From: Bdellovibrionaceae bacterium UBA3535
GTDB lineage: Bacteria > Bdellovibrionota > Bdellovibrionia > Bdellovibrionales > UBA840
Reading direction: 5' to 3'
Assembly: GCA_002376845.1 (NCBI GenBank)
Contig: DFOS01000028.1
Span: forward strand, 1,029 to 65,028
Length of the DNA: 64,000 nucleotides
In this document: positions 56,613-64,000 of the stretch, piece by piece
How the letters are laid out: every line of letters begins with the position of its first letter
How positions within the stretch are numbered: position 1 is the first letter of the stretch
Made by a program: the position numbers and the translations under genes
The notes under the pieces: generated by a model
What the model was told of the DNA's origin: nothing
What the model saw: the letters and a program-made list of their open reading frames with translations, nothing else
The model's database searches: none

Positions 56613-58041
56613 GTATGCTCTCCTTTTGCGTGAGTAGCATTACCAAACGTTCAACACCCAAACCCAAGCCCCCAGTAGGCGGCATTCCAACATCAATGGC
56701 ATGCATGAAATCCTCATCCATCGGCTGTGCTTCTTCGTTAACACTTCGCTGCGCTTCTTGCTCTTTCAAGCGCTGCAATTGCTCTTCGGGATCGTTCAGC
56801 TCGGAATAGGAATTTGCCACTTCCATACCTGCTATGAATAACTCAAAGCGCTCTACCAAGCCTTCTTTTTCTCGGTGATTTTTTGTTAGAGGGCATATTT
56901 CCACCGGGTAGTCCGTAATAAAAGTTGGCTCCCAAAGATGCTCTTCCGCAACCAATTCAAAAAGCTCATTGATCATTTCCCCGCGGCTCTTGGGCTCTTC
57001 CCAATCACTACCCTGCTTTTTGATCTCAGCAAATAATTGTTCGTCGCTACAATCATTCACATCAATTTTGCCGTATTCTTTAATGGCATCGTGCATGCTC
57101 AATCGCTTCCAAGGTTTTGCCAAGGACAGCTCCCTTTCTTTAAAGGTAATGGTAGTCGTGCCGCAAACCTTATTCGCAACAAAGGTAATTAAGTCTTCAA
57201 TTCTTTGCATTTGGTCAAAATAATCCGTGTAAGCCTCGTACCACTCAATCATAGTAAATTCTGGATTGTGCGTACGGTCTATACCTTCATTGCGAAAGTT
57301 ACGGTTCATATCGTAGACTTTCTCAAATCCACCTACAATCAAACGCTTTAGGTAGGTCTCTGGCGAAATTTTTAGAAACAATTGCATATCTAGAGCATTA
57401 TGATGAGTAACAAATGGCTTCGCCGCCGCTCCCCCATAAATGTTTTGCAAAATGGGAGTTTCCACTTCTAAAAAACCCTCACCATCTAAATATTCTCTGA
57501 TGCTCTTAAGTATTTGGGTGCGCTTTCGAAAGACCTCGCGAGAATCAGGGTCCATGATTAAGTCTAGGTGGCGATAGCGATATTTTGCTTCAATGTCTGT
57601 AAGACCATGAAACTTTTCTGGCAGAGGCTCCAGGCTTTTACATAGCATCTCCAATTTTTGCGCCCGCACGGAGACTTCGCCTTTTTTGGTTTTAAAAATA
57701 TAGCCTTGTACTCCCAGATAATCACCAATGTCCATGGCAGCATAGGCATCTAGTGATGCTTGATCCAGATCCTCTTTTCTTAAGTAGACTTGCAAACGCC
57801 CACTCTCATCTTGTAAATGAAAAAATGCGGCTTTGCCCATAGGCCGCTTGGTCATCAGCCTACCCGCCACACTTAGATGATCCGAGGTTTTTTCTTCGCC
57901 TTCTGACAAAGCAGCATACTGCTCCTGCACTTGCTGCATTTCATGACTGCGCTCGTACTTATAGGGATAGGGGTTGTAGCCTTTCTCACGAAATTCTTTT
58001 AGCTTGCGACGTTTTTCTTTTCTTAAAGGATTCTCTTTCAT
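56566..58041 (-). CDS. lysS: lysine--tRNA ligase (class II)
   Basis: OB-fold N-domain, motif 2 FRNEGID..HNPEFT and motif 3 GGLGLGVERLVMLL. 491 aa. Confidence 0.97.
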   Translation of the reverse strand: MKENPLRKEKRRKLKEFREKGYNPYPYKYERSHEMQQVQEQYAALSEGEEKTSDHLSVAGRLMTKRPMGKAAFFHLQDESGRLQVYLRKEDLDQASLDAYAAMDIGDYLGVQGYIFKTKKGEVSVRAQKLEMLCKSLEPLPEKFHGLTDIEAKYRYRHLDLIMDPDSREVFRKRTQILKSIREYLDGEGFLEVETPILQNIYGGAAAKPFVTHHNALDMQLFLKISPETYLKRLIVGGFEKVYDMNRNFRNEGIDRTHNPEFTMIEWYEAYTDYFDQMQRIEDLITFVANKVCGTTTITFKERELSLAKPWKRLSMHDAIKEYGKIDVNDCSDEQLFAEIKKQGSDWEEPKSRGEMINELFELVAEEHLWEPTFITDYPVEICPLTKNHREKEGLVERFELFIAGMEVANSYSELNDPEEQLQRLKEQEAQRSVNEEAQPMDEDFMHAIDVGMPPTGGLGLGVERLVMLLTQKESIRDIILFPTLRPSSKS

Positions 58042-58047
58042 GAGTAC

Positions 58048-58983
58048 TTAAGCTCCTGTAAATATATCCATAGTTTGTTGCAATAGTTTGATAGCTTCTT
58101 CTTTGGGTCTTTGAAAAGCGTTTCTGCCCATAATACTTCCGTAGGCACCACCCTTTGCTAAACCTTGGATTTCTTCAAGCACCTCGTCCGTAGACTTCGC
58201 AGCTCCGCCACTAAAAATCACAATACGCTTGCCATCAAAAGCCGATTGCATGACGTGGCGAACTCGATCTTCCAATGTATCAATTTTAATGTTTTCGGAT
58301 TGATATACTTTTTTAGCTTCTTCTTGTTCGATGTGTGCTGTGGGAGGTTTCACCTTGATAATATGGGCCCCTAATTGTGCCGCGATTTGCGCCGCATAGG
58401 CAATCACATCCACCGCCGTTTCTCCATTCTTAGAAATTTGCTCTCCCCTGGCATAGGACCAAATTACGACCAATAGACCTGCCTTCTTCGCCTCTTGAGT
58501 AAGACAGGCTATCTCTTCATACATTTGCTTTCTTGCCCCGGAGCCAGGATAGATGGTGAAACCAATGCCGACACAGCCCAAGCGCAGAGCATGATCAATG
58601 GATGAGGTAAGTGCCGAAATGGGGGCGCCTTTATCTACATAAAGAGAATCGGAATTGTTTACTTTTAAAATTAAGGGAATTTCACCAGCAAATTCACGTG
58701 CCCCAGCCTCAATAAAACCCAAGGGTGCTGCATAGGCTGAGCATCCCGAATCAATCGCCAGTTGGTAATGGTAAAAAGGATCATATCCAGCCGAGTTTTT
58801 GGCAAAGCTTCTAGCTGGCCCATGCTCAAAGCCTTGGTCAACAGGCAAAATTACCAGCTTGCCACTACCGGCAGTGCGTCCATGTTGTAAAAGTCTGGCC
58901 ATCTGTGCCAAACAGCCTGGATTCTCACTTCCATAATTTGCTAGGATATTTTTCACGTTTTCGTTCATGATGGTTGTCTCCAA
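58048..58983 (-). CDS. fbaB: class I fructose-bisphosphate aldolase (FbaB/DhnA family)
   Basis: GRTAGSGKLVILPVDQGFEHGP and ...AAQLGAHIIKVK... parallel E. coli FbaB ([20 protein letters not shown], ...GADIVKQK). Confidence 0.8.
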   Translation of the reverse strand: METTIMNENVKNILANYGSENPGCLAQMARLLQHGRTAGSGKLVILPVDQGFEHGPARSFAKNSAGYDPFYHYQLAIDSGCSAYAAPLGFIEAGAREFAGEIPLILKVNNSDSLYVDKGAPISALTSSIDHALRLGCVGIGFTIYPGSGARKQMYEEIACLTQEAKKAGLLVVIWSYARGEQISKNGETAVDVIAYAAQIAAQLGAHIIKVKPPTAHIEQEEAKKVYQSENIKIDTLEDRVRHVMQSAFDGKRIVIFSGGAAKSTDEVLEEIQGLAKGGAYGSIMGRNAFQRPKEEAIKLLQQTMDIFTGA

Positions 58984-59092
58984 AAGAATGCCAGAAGCCT
59001 ATGAAGAAAGGCTGTCTAAATCAAGCTCCGAATCTTTGACAAGGATTGTAAAATACAGAATTTTGTGATACTTAGAGCTTTTAGAGGTAATT

Positions 59093-59641
59093 ATGTCAGA
59101 GATTAAAGTTTGGGCGGAAAACACGCCAAATCCACAGTCAAAAAAATTTCTTTTCTCACAAGTGATCAGTGAAAGTGTGGTGGAGATTGCCAACTCCGAA
59201 GAAGCACATATCTCCCCTTTGGCAAACAAGCTCTTTGGTTTTCCTTGGATGCAGGCTGTTTTTATTGGCTCCAATTTTATTACCATCACCAAGCAGGATT
59301 GGGTGGACTGGGAAATCCTAACCGAACCACTTTGCGGGCTCTTAAGTGAGCACATTCAAAATGGTGAGCCTGTTGTGCTAAGCAATCAGGGACATAGCGA
59401 TAGCCCGGAAGATACGGAAGAGATCAAAACCATTAAGAAGATTTTGGACCGGGAAATTCGCCCGCAGGTAGCTTTAGATGGCGGCGATATTACCTTTCAT
59501 GCCTATGAAAACGGGCGCTTGGAACTGCAACTAAAGGGTGCCTGTTCTGGCTGCCCCTCCTCCATGCAAACCCTTAAAATGGGAGTGGAGAGCCGTCTCA
59601 AACAGGCCCTACCTGAGTTAAAAGAAGTGGTAGCGGTCTAA
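59093..59641 (+). CDS. NifU/Nfu-type Fe-S cluster carrier (Nfu_N + NifU C-terminal domain)
   Basis: ENTPNPQSKKF (Nfu_N) and IRPQVALDGGDITF...LQLKGACSGCPSS (CxxC NifU C-domain). Confidence 0.85.
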   Translation: MSEIKVWAENTPNPQSKKFLFSQVISESVVEIANSEEAHISPLANKLFGFPWMQAVFIGSNFITITKQDWVDWEILTEPLCGLLSEHIQNGEPVVLSNQGHSDSPEDTEEIKTIKKILDREIRPQVALDGGDITFHAYENGRLELQLKGACSGCPSSMQTLKMGVESRLKQALPELKEVVAV

Positions 59642-59722
59642 ACCATTAAAAATATTGGATCATTTTGAGATAATCTCTACTTTTGTCTTAAGTTCTATTG
59701 CACGAATACCGAATAAAATAGC

Positions 59723-60322
59723 ATGAAAAATTGGTACGTATACGTCTTATTTTTATTCCTGCTGGCCGCCTGTATGCCCAGCATTGAAGAGGATCAAGGG
59801 GTTGTTAAGCCCGATATCGTGACTCATAATATCACTCCCGTATCTACAGTTGAAGTGGATGTAATTCTCATGGGCACCTGCCCGGCAAGTACCGCAAAAA
59901 TGATGCTATCTGTGGATAATGGCGAGCAATACGCGGAAGTTTCCTCCTCAGCCACCAGAACCGCTGGTAGTTTTATCGGGGAATGTGAAAATGGCAATTT
60001 TATGATTCGCTACGCGGTCCCCAATCCACTACAAAATCGCGACATTACCTTTTTGGCTCGAGCTGTGAACGCGGAAGGCCGAATGGGTGGTATTGATACT
60101 TATACCATCTCTTATTCGCGCCCACCCATTCAGCTACCAGGCTTTGCCTTTGTTAGCGTGGGGGATTTGGTCAACTCCAATACCGGCAATTTTGCTCTAG
60201 TTACTGGCGGTCAAAGCGTATCTCCATTTATGGGAGCTGGCCCCCATATCGGCCTAGAGGTTCCAGGCTCACCTACGGGCATGGTACATTACGGATTCCT
60301 AGGAATCGTATTGAACAAATAA
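59723..60322 (+). CDS. lipoprotein of unknown function
   Basis: Lipobox LLAAC after a hydrophobic leader. 199 aa, beta-rich, with no motif recognised. Confidence 0.5.
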   Translation: MKNWYVYVLFLFLLAACMPSIEEDQGVVKPDIVTHNITPVSTVEVDVILMGTCPASTAKMMLSVDNGEQYAEVSSSATRTAGSFIGECENGNFMIRYAVPNPLQNRDITFLARAVNAEGRMGGIDTYTISYSRPPIQLPGFAFVSVGDLVNSNTGNFALVTGGQSVSPFMGAGPHIGLEVPGSPTGMVHYGFLGIVLNK

Positions 60323-61129
60323 TTATACCGTTACTTGAAAGTCCCTTAAAGCATCGGTTAAAGAAGTTTTTTTGTCCGTGGATTCTTTACGTTGCCCAAT
60401 GATCAAAGCACAAGGTACCCCGTACTCACCAGCAGCAAACTTTTTGTTTTGGCTACCAGGAATCACGACAGAATTGGCTGGCACTCTGCCTTTGTAAACC
60501 TTTTCTTCCTTGCCACTAACATCCAAAATCTTTGTAGAGGCCGTTATGGTCACCCCTGCCCCCAAAACCACTCCTGGCTCTAAATGCACTCCTTCCACCA
60601 CAATGCATCTGGAACCAATAAAACAATCATCCTCAATAATCACCGGCTGAGCTTGTACAGGCTCCAGCACGCCACCAATACCCACCCCGCCAGATAGGTG
60701 CACATTTTTACCAATTTGTGCGCAGGAGCCCACCGTTGCCCAAGTATCCACCATGGTACCACTACCAACATAAGCGCCAATGTTTACATATGAAGGCATC
60801 AAGATCGCACCTGGCTCGATGTAGGAGGCATATCTTGCCAAGGCATGGGGAACCACCCTTACGCCGTGGCTTTCATTGAATTTCTTTAAGGGAATTTTAT
60901 CAAAAAACTGTAGATCCCCAGCCTGAATCACATTCATTTTTTGAATGCGAAAATAGAGCAATATGGCCTGCTTCACCCAATCGTTGACTTGCCAAGTATC
61001 TCCCTGTTTTTCGCAAACGCGTACCTTGCCTTGATCTAGCATTTCCATGCACTTTAAAACGGCTTCAATAACATTTCTTTCTGTATGATCCCGTTGCCCC
61101 TGAAAGGCACCTTCGATTACTTCTTTCAT
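60323..61129 (-). CDS. dapD: 2,3,4,5-tetrahydropyridine-2,6-dicarboxylate N-succinyltransferase
   Basis: N-terminal helical domain, then hexapeptide-repeat LbH region (GAYVGSGTMVDTWATVGSCAQIGKNVHLSGGVGIGGVLEP). 268 aa. Confidence 0.95.
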   Translation of the reverse strand: MKEVIEGAFQGQRDHTERNVIEAVLKCMEMLDQGKVRVCEKQGDTWQVNDWVKQAILLYFRIQKMNVIQAGDLQFFDKIPLKKFNESHGVRVVPHALARYASYIEPGAILMPSYVNIGAYVGSGTMVDTWATVGSCAQIGKNVHLSGGVGIGGVLEPVQAQPVIIEDDCFIGSRCIVVEGVHLEPGVVLGAGVTITASTKILDVSGKEEKVYKGRVPANSVVIPGSQNKKFAAGEYGVPCALIIGQRKESTDKKTSLTDALRDFQVTV

Positions 61130-61818
61130 AAATCCTCCGACATCTTATTTAAGACCTGCAGCATGGCAGGTCTATGCAGATCAAGCAATTCTTTGATGGG
61201 TTTGCCTCTTTCTAGCTCATAGGTAATAGTGGGGATGCCTCGCTCCAAGCCCGTGTAGGTTCCCAAGCATCCTGGCGTGGGATAGCCCATGGACTCTTCA
61301 ATTGGATAGCTGGTAATATCCGATAAAATCGATGCATAGGGTTCACAGTCCCCATTTACATTCAACAAATACTTTTCAAAAGAATGAAAGCTAAATAGGA
61401 AGCGAAAGTCATGTTGATCTAGATAACTTACCAAAGCTTTGTTCTCAGCCTCTGAATTGGCCTGCGTCCCTGGATTGTAACGGGGATTGAAAGCTTCTGG
61501 GTGCCAGTCCTTCGTAGGAAGATTGCGATTTAAATCAATGTTGTTGTAGTTCGCACGCTGCTTCAGCAAAATTCCATCGGGATTTACTTGTGGCACTATA
61601 TGAAGACGTAAATTCGGAACAGCTTCAGCCCTGACTTTGGCCAATAATTCTTGAGCGAAAAATACCCCTTCAATCTCATCCCCATGCACTCCACCAAGGA
61701 GCAAGACATCCTTTCCCTCACCAAAAACATAAGAAAAGATGGGAGAACCTAAAGTGCTGTGGCCAATGACATTTACTTGCATAAACAAATTGCTAGCGAA
61801 AAGCGAGGCAATTGGCAA
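61126..61818 (-). CDS. M14-family zinc carboxypeptidase/amidase (MpaA-like)
   Basis: LLLGGVHGDEIEG (HxxE zinc site), VNPDG, NIDLNRNLP, FSFHS. ATGA overlap with dapD. Confidence 0.75.
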   Translation of the reverse strand: MPIASLFASNLFMQVNVIGHSTLGSPIFSYVFGEGKDVLLLGGVHGDEIEGVFFAQELLAKVRAEAVPNLRLHIVPQVNPDGILLKQRANYNNIDLNRNLPTKDWHPEAFNPRYNPGTQANSEAENKALVSYLDQHDFRFLFSFHSFEKYLLNVNGDCEPYASILSDITSYPIEESMGYPTPGCLGTYTGLERGIPTITYELERGKPIKELLDLHRPAMLQVLNKMSEDL

Positions 61819-61819
61819 G

Positions 61820-63037
61820 CTAGGATGTAGTTTTGCCTCGAATAAGATCTACGATGCTCTCTTTTAGGCTAAGAGCAGAGGGAATGATGGAGCCGACCGC
61901 AGCAACAAAGCTTGCACCGACTAGCACCGATACAATGAACCAAGGATCGATACGAATGGGCACCTTATAATCGTAGTAAATATCCTGTGGCAATTGCAAG
62001 AACTGAAACTCCTTCAGTGCCAAGGCCGTCAATATGGCGACAAAACCACCAAATAAAATTCCTACTAGTGACAACAAAAGACCGACTCCAGAAAACATAT
62101 TGCGCACCTTATTTTTGGACATGCCATAAGCTTGCAGCAGACCGATATCTTTGCGCTTTTGATTGATTACCAAGGAGAGTACAGAAAATATCGAGAAACT
62201 AGCAATTAGAACCGTGAACAACAAAAACAAAGACATTGCATATCTTTCCATTTTCAAAGCAAAAAGCAGAGAGCGATTTTTGTCCTCCCATGTTGTAAAG
62301 CTAAGTCCTAATGAGTTTAATTTTCTTTTCATTGCCTTGTAATCATTTTTATCATTCAAACGAATGTGTATTTTATCCTGCTTCGAGGAATCCGAGCTGA
62401 TTTGCGGCAGACCTAAAAACGCGTCGTAAAATATGGCACGAGAATCGTAAGCAGGACTGTCGGTTCGAATGATTTTGGCAACCTTAACTTTCTGATACTC
62501 AGGCCGCTCGGTGGCAGCAACCAAAAGCGACTCAGGGGAAAACAAAACCACTTCTTCATCTTCGTAAATACCAAGTTCATGCGCCAAATCGATGCCCACT
62601 GCGATCCCTTGCTGATACAATTTAGGGGCATCCAAAAATTCATTTTTCGCCCGGATTCGTTGCCAAACCCATTCCCATTCTTTTTGTTCGTATCCATAAG
62701 CCACCACACCCGAGCTCAAACCATCAATAGTACGAACTAAGAGATCCTGTTTGCTGGCGGCAAAAATATGAGCGCCAGAAAAACTAGACAATTTACTTTT
62801 GAGCTCTTGCACTTGTTTTTCCGTAGGTGTATCGGGCTTAGGCCGAAGCTCGAAGTAGGGCTCAATAGCAAGGGTTCTGTCATGAATGGAATCATTTAAA
62901 CCAAGCATAATGCTAACAACCAATATGGTAGCAAAAACTGATAGCCCTATTCCCGTCATACATAAAAAAGAGATGCCTCGTACTATACTGCCGGCATTCT
63001 TAGAGAAAATTAGCTTTCTAGTAAAATAGAGCAACAT
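61820..63037 (-). CDS. LolC/LolE-like FtsX-family ABC permease
   Basis: 405 aa with TM1, a large periplasmic MacB-PCD-like loop, then three C-terminal TMs (FtsX domain). Confidence 0.8.
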   Translation of the reverse strand: MLLYFTRKLIFSKNAGSIVRGISFLCMTGIGLSVFATILVVSIMLGLNDSIHDRTLAIEPYFELRPKPDTPTEKQVQELKSKLSSFSGAHIFAASKQDLLVRTIDGLSSGVVAYGYEQKEWEWVWQRIRAKNEFLDAPKLYQQGIAVGIDLAHELGIYEDEEVVLFSPESLLVAATERPEYQKVKVAKIIRTDSPAYDSRAIFYDAFLGLPQISSDSSKQDKIHIRLNDKNDYKAMKRKLNSLGLSFTTWEDKNRSLLFALKMERYAMSLFLLFTVLIASFSIFSVLSLVINQKRKDIGLLQAYGMSKNKVRNMFSGVGLLLSLVGILFGGFVAILTALALKEFQFLQLPQDIYYDYKVPIRIDPWFIVSVLVGASFVAAVGSIIPSALSLKESIVDLIRGKTTS

Positions 63038-63058
63038 ACTACCAATATAGGTAGAAGC

Positions 63059-63583
63059 TTACTTACGCGCAAAGTATTTCCAAATTTTTTTCAATCTTTG
63101 CCAAAGCGACAGAGAGTCTTTTTTTAAATATGTGTAGTTCGCAAATATATCTTTTGAACTCATCGTATCAAGAGTGGGAGAGTGATGAAAATTATGGATC
63201 AAAGTTTTTCGTAAATCCTCTTTAATGACCTCTGTAAACTCAATGATCTCAATAGCTTGCCCGGTGGCCAAGGAATTGGCAAATTCATCAAAACGAATGA
63301 TTTCGTTGGTATAACGACTACCATCCTGAGATTCCTCCTCCACCACCATGCCTGTACGAACCCCATCAACCAAATTCCATTCCACAATCAATCCATAGAA
63401 AGAAATTTGTTGTTTGATAATGTTCGAGTTTTCATCTTGCCAAACATACAAATCCACATGATCTGCATGAAACCAACGGCTTCTGATATTCTGCCTTTCG
63501 GTTTTGATGTAATCCGCACTAATTTCTTGTAGCTTTTGCCCAAGCTTTTTAAAGTCATAAGAATAAGGTTTGGGCTGGCTCAT
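63059..63583 (-). CDS. hypothetical protein
   Basis: 174-aa ATG ORF whose start overlaps the stop of the upstream gene by 4 nt. No motif recognised. Confidence 0.45.
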   Translation of the reverse strand: MSQPKPYSYDFKKLGQKLQEISADYIKTERQNIRSRWFHADHVDLYVWQDENSNIIKQQISFYGLIVEWNLVDGVRTGMVVEEESQDGSRYTNEIIRFDEFANSLATGQAIEIIEFTEVIKEDLRKTLIHNFHHSPTLDTMSSKDIFANYTYLKKDSLSLWQRLKKIWKYFARK

Positions 63584-64000
63584 TTGTTTCCTTCTTTTTC
63601 GTTGGCAATATCGCGCTGACGCTCCTGCATTTCTTCACGCACCTCTTCTACACTACCCTCAAGCAAAAACGTTTTCTGCATCGCCTGCAATACTATTAGG
63701 GCTTCTTGCAAAGCATTTAGGGCTGACTTGGAAGCCTCTGGTAGATCTGGTGCAATGGCTTCAATGGTTGGAACCAAAGCATTTAAATGATAAGTGAGCT
63801 CACTTAGATTGTACATCACATTTGTGGTATTATCTCCCAACTCAGGCAATTGTTTGGTAAAAGCAACAATTTCGTCCAAAGAACCATTCACGGCCGTAGT
63901 TGTTGTAGCCAGATTTCCCACTAAGGTCTTCAAGTGATTGTTCCGCGTCATTTGTACAGCCATTTTATTTAATTCAATTGTGGCTTGGTTGGCATTTTTA
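63580..64000 (-). CDS. C-terminal part of a larger protein, possibly MCE/MlaD-like (5' end outside the window)
   Basis: The frame stays open from 63963 to the window edge (…KNANQATIELNK-MAVQM…), so Met 63963 need not be the start. The helical segments (LNALVPTIEAIAPDLPEASKSALNALQEAL) resemble MlaD-family C-termini. Weak call. Confidence 0.4.
   Translation of the reverse strand, partial: KNANQATIELNKMAVQMTRNNHLKTLVGNLATTTTAVNGSLDEIVAFTKQLPELGDNTTNVMYNLSELTYHLNALVPTIEAIAPDLPEASKSALNALQEALIVLQAMQKTFLLEGSVEEVREEMQERQRDIANEKEGNK

Noticed and set aside
1-64000. A search by eye for CRISPR arrays, IS elements, transposases, integrases, restriction-modification or other obvious defence or mobile genes, and for rRNA, tmRNA or RNase P.
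   Set aside because: I found none. The only repeat structures seen are the tRNA 3'-end duplication and the 25-nt tandem pair. A computational repeat and covariance-model scan (Infernal/Rfam) could still find short or diverged elements that I cannot see manually.

Overview
This is a 64-kb chromosomal segment from a Gram-negative bacterium. Evidence for that: Lol-type permease, MltF, DUF481 and other beta-barrel outer-membrane proteins, and Tat/Sec signal peptides. It is moderately A+T-rich. The gene content (HiPIP, class I FBP aldolase, cdaA-cdaR-glmM, several PilZ/REC/cNMP proteins, many signal-peptide proteins of unknown function) reminds me of Bdellovibrio-like or Oligoflexia organisms. That is inference only, because no rRNA is present to anchor it.

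I count about 70 tightly packed CDS, mostly on the minus strand and often joined by 4-nt ATGA overlaps. There is one tRNA-Ala(GGC). I found no rRNA, CRISPR array, transposase, integrase or phage genes.

Most of the window is housekeeping: DEAD-box helicase, arfB, mscS-type channel, tesA/ybbA/ybbP-like trio, orn, ahcY, greB, greA, mltF, mutS, mgtE, rnc-era-der, pdxJ, glmM, cdaA, ftsH, tilS, lysS, class I aldolase, nfu, dapD.

The items I consider worth a second look are:
- A translationally coupled DUF3445 / CheY-like / BFD-[2Fe-2S] three-gene module. It converges, stop codons 1 nt apart, on an mgtE-bfd pair.
- A 21-bp duplication of the tRNA-Ala 3' end enclosing a 157-bp scar that contains a 25-bp tandem repeat.
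- An orphan OmpR-family regulator with Glu at the phospho-acceptor position. It sits in an AT-rich 1.7-kb pocket next to a very acidic 74-aa protein and two micro-ORFs.
- A PPP phosphatase fused to a PilZ-like domain.
- A secreted protein made of five C-x22-C modules.
- A G+C-richer PilW/PilX-like minor-pilin pair without the rest of a pilus operon.
- An LtaS-type gene broken in a C5T5 run.

I cannot point to a clear-cut new multi-gene system such as a defence island. All functional calls come from motif recognition by eye, with no database search.
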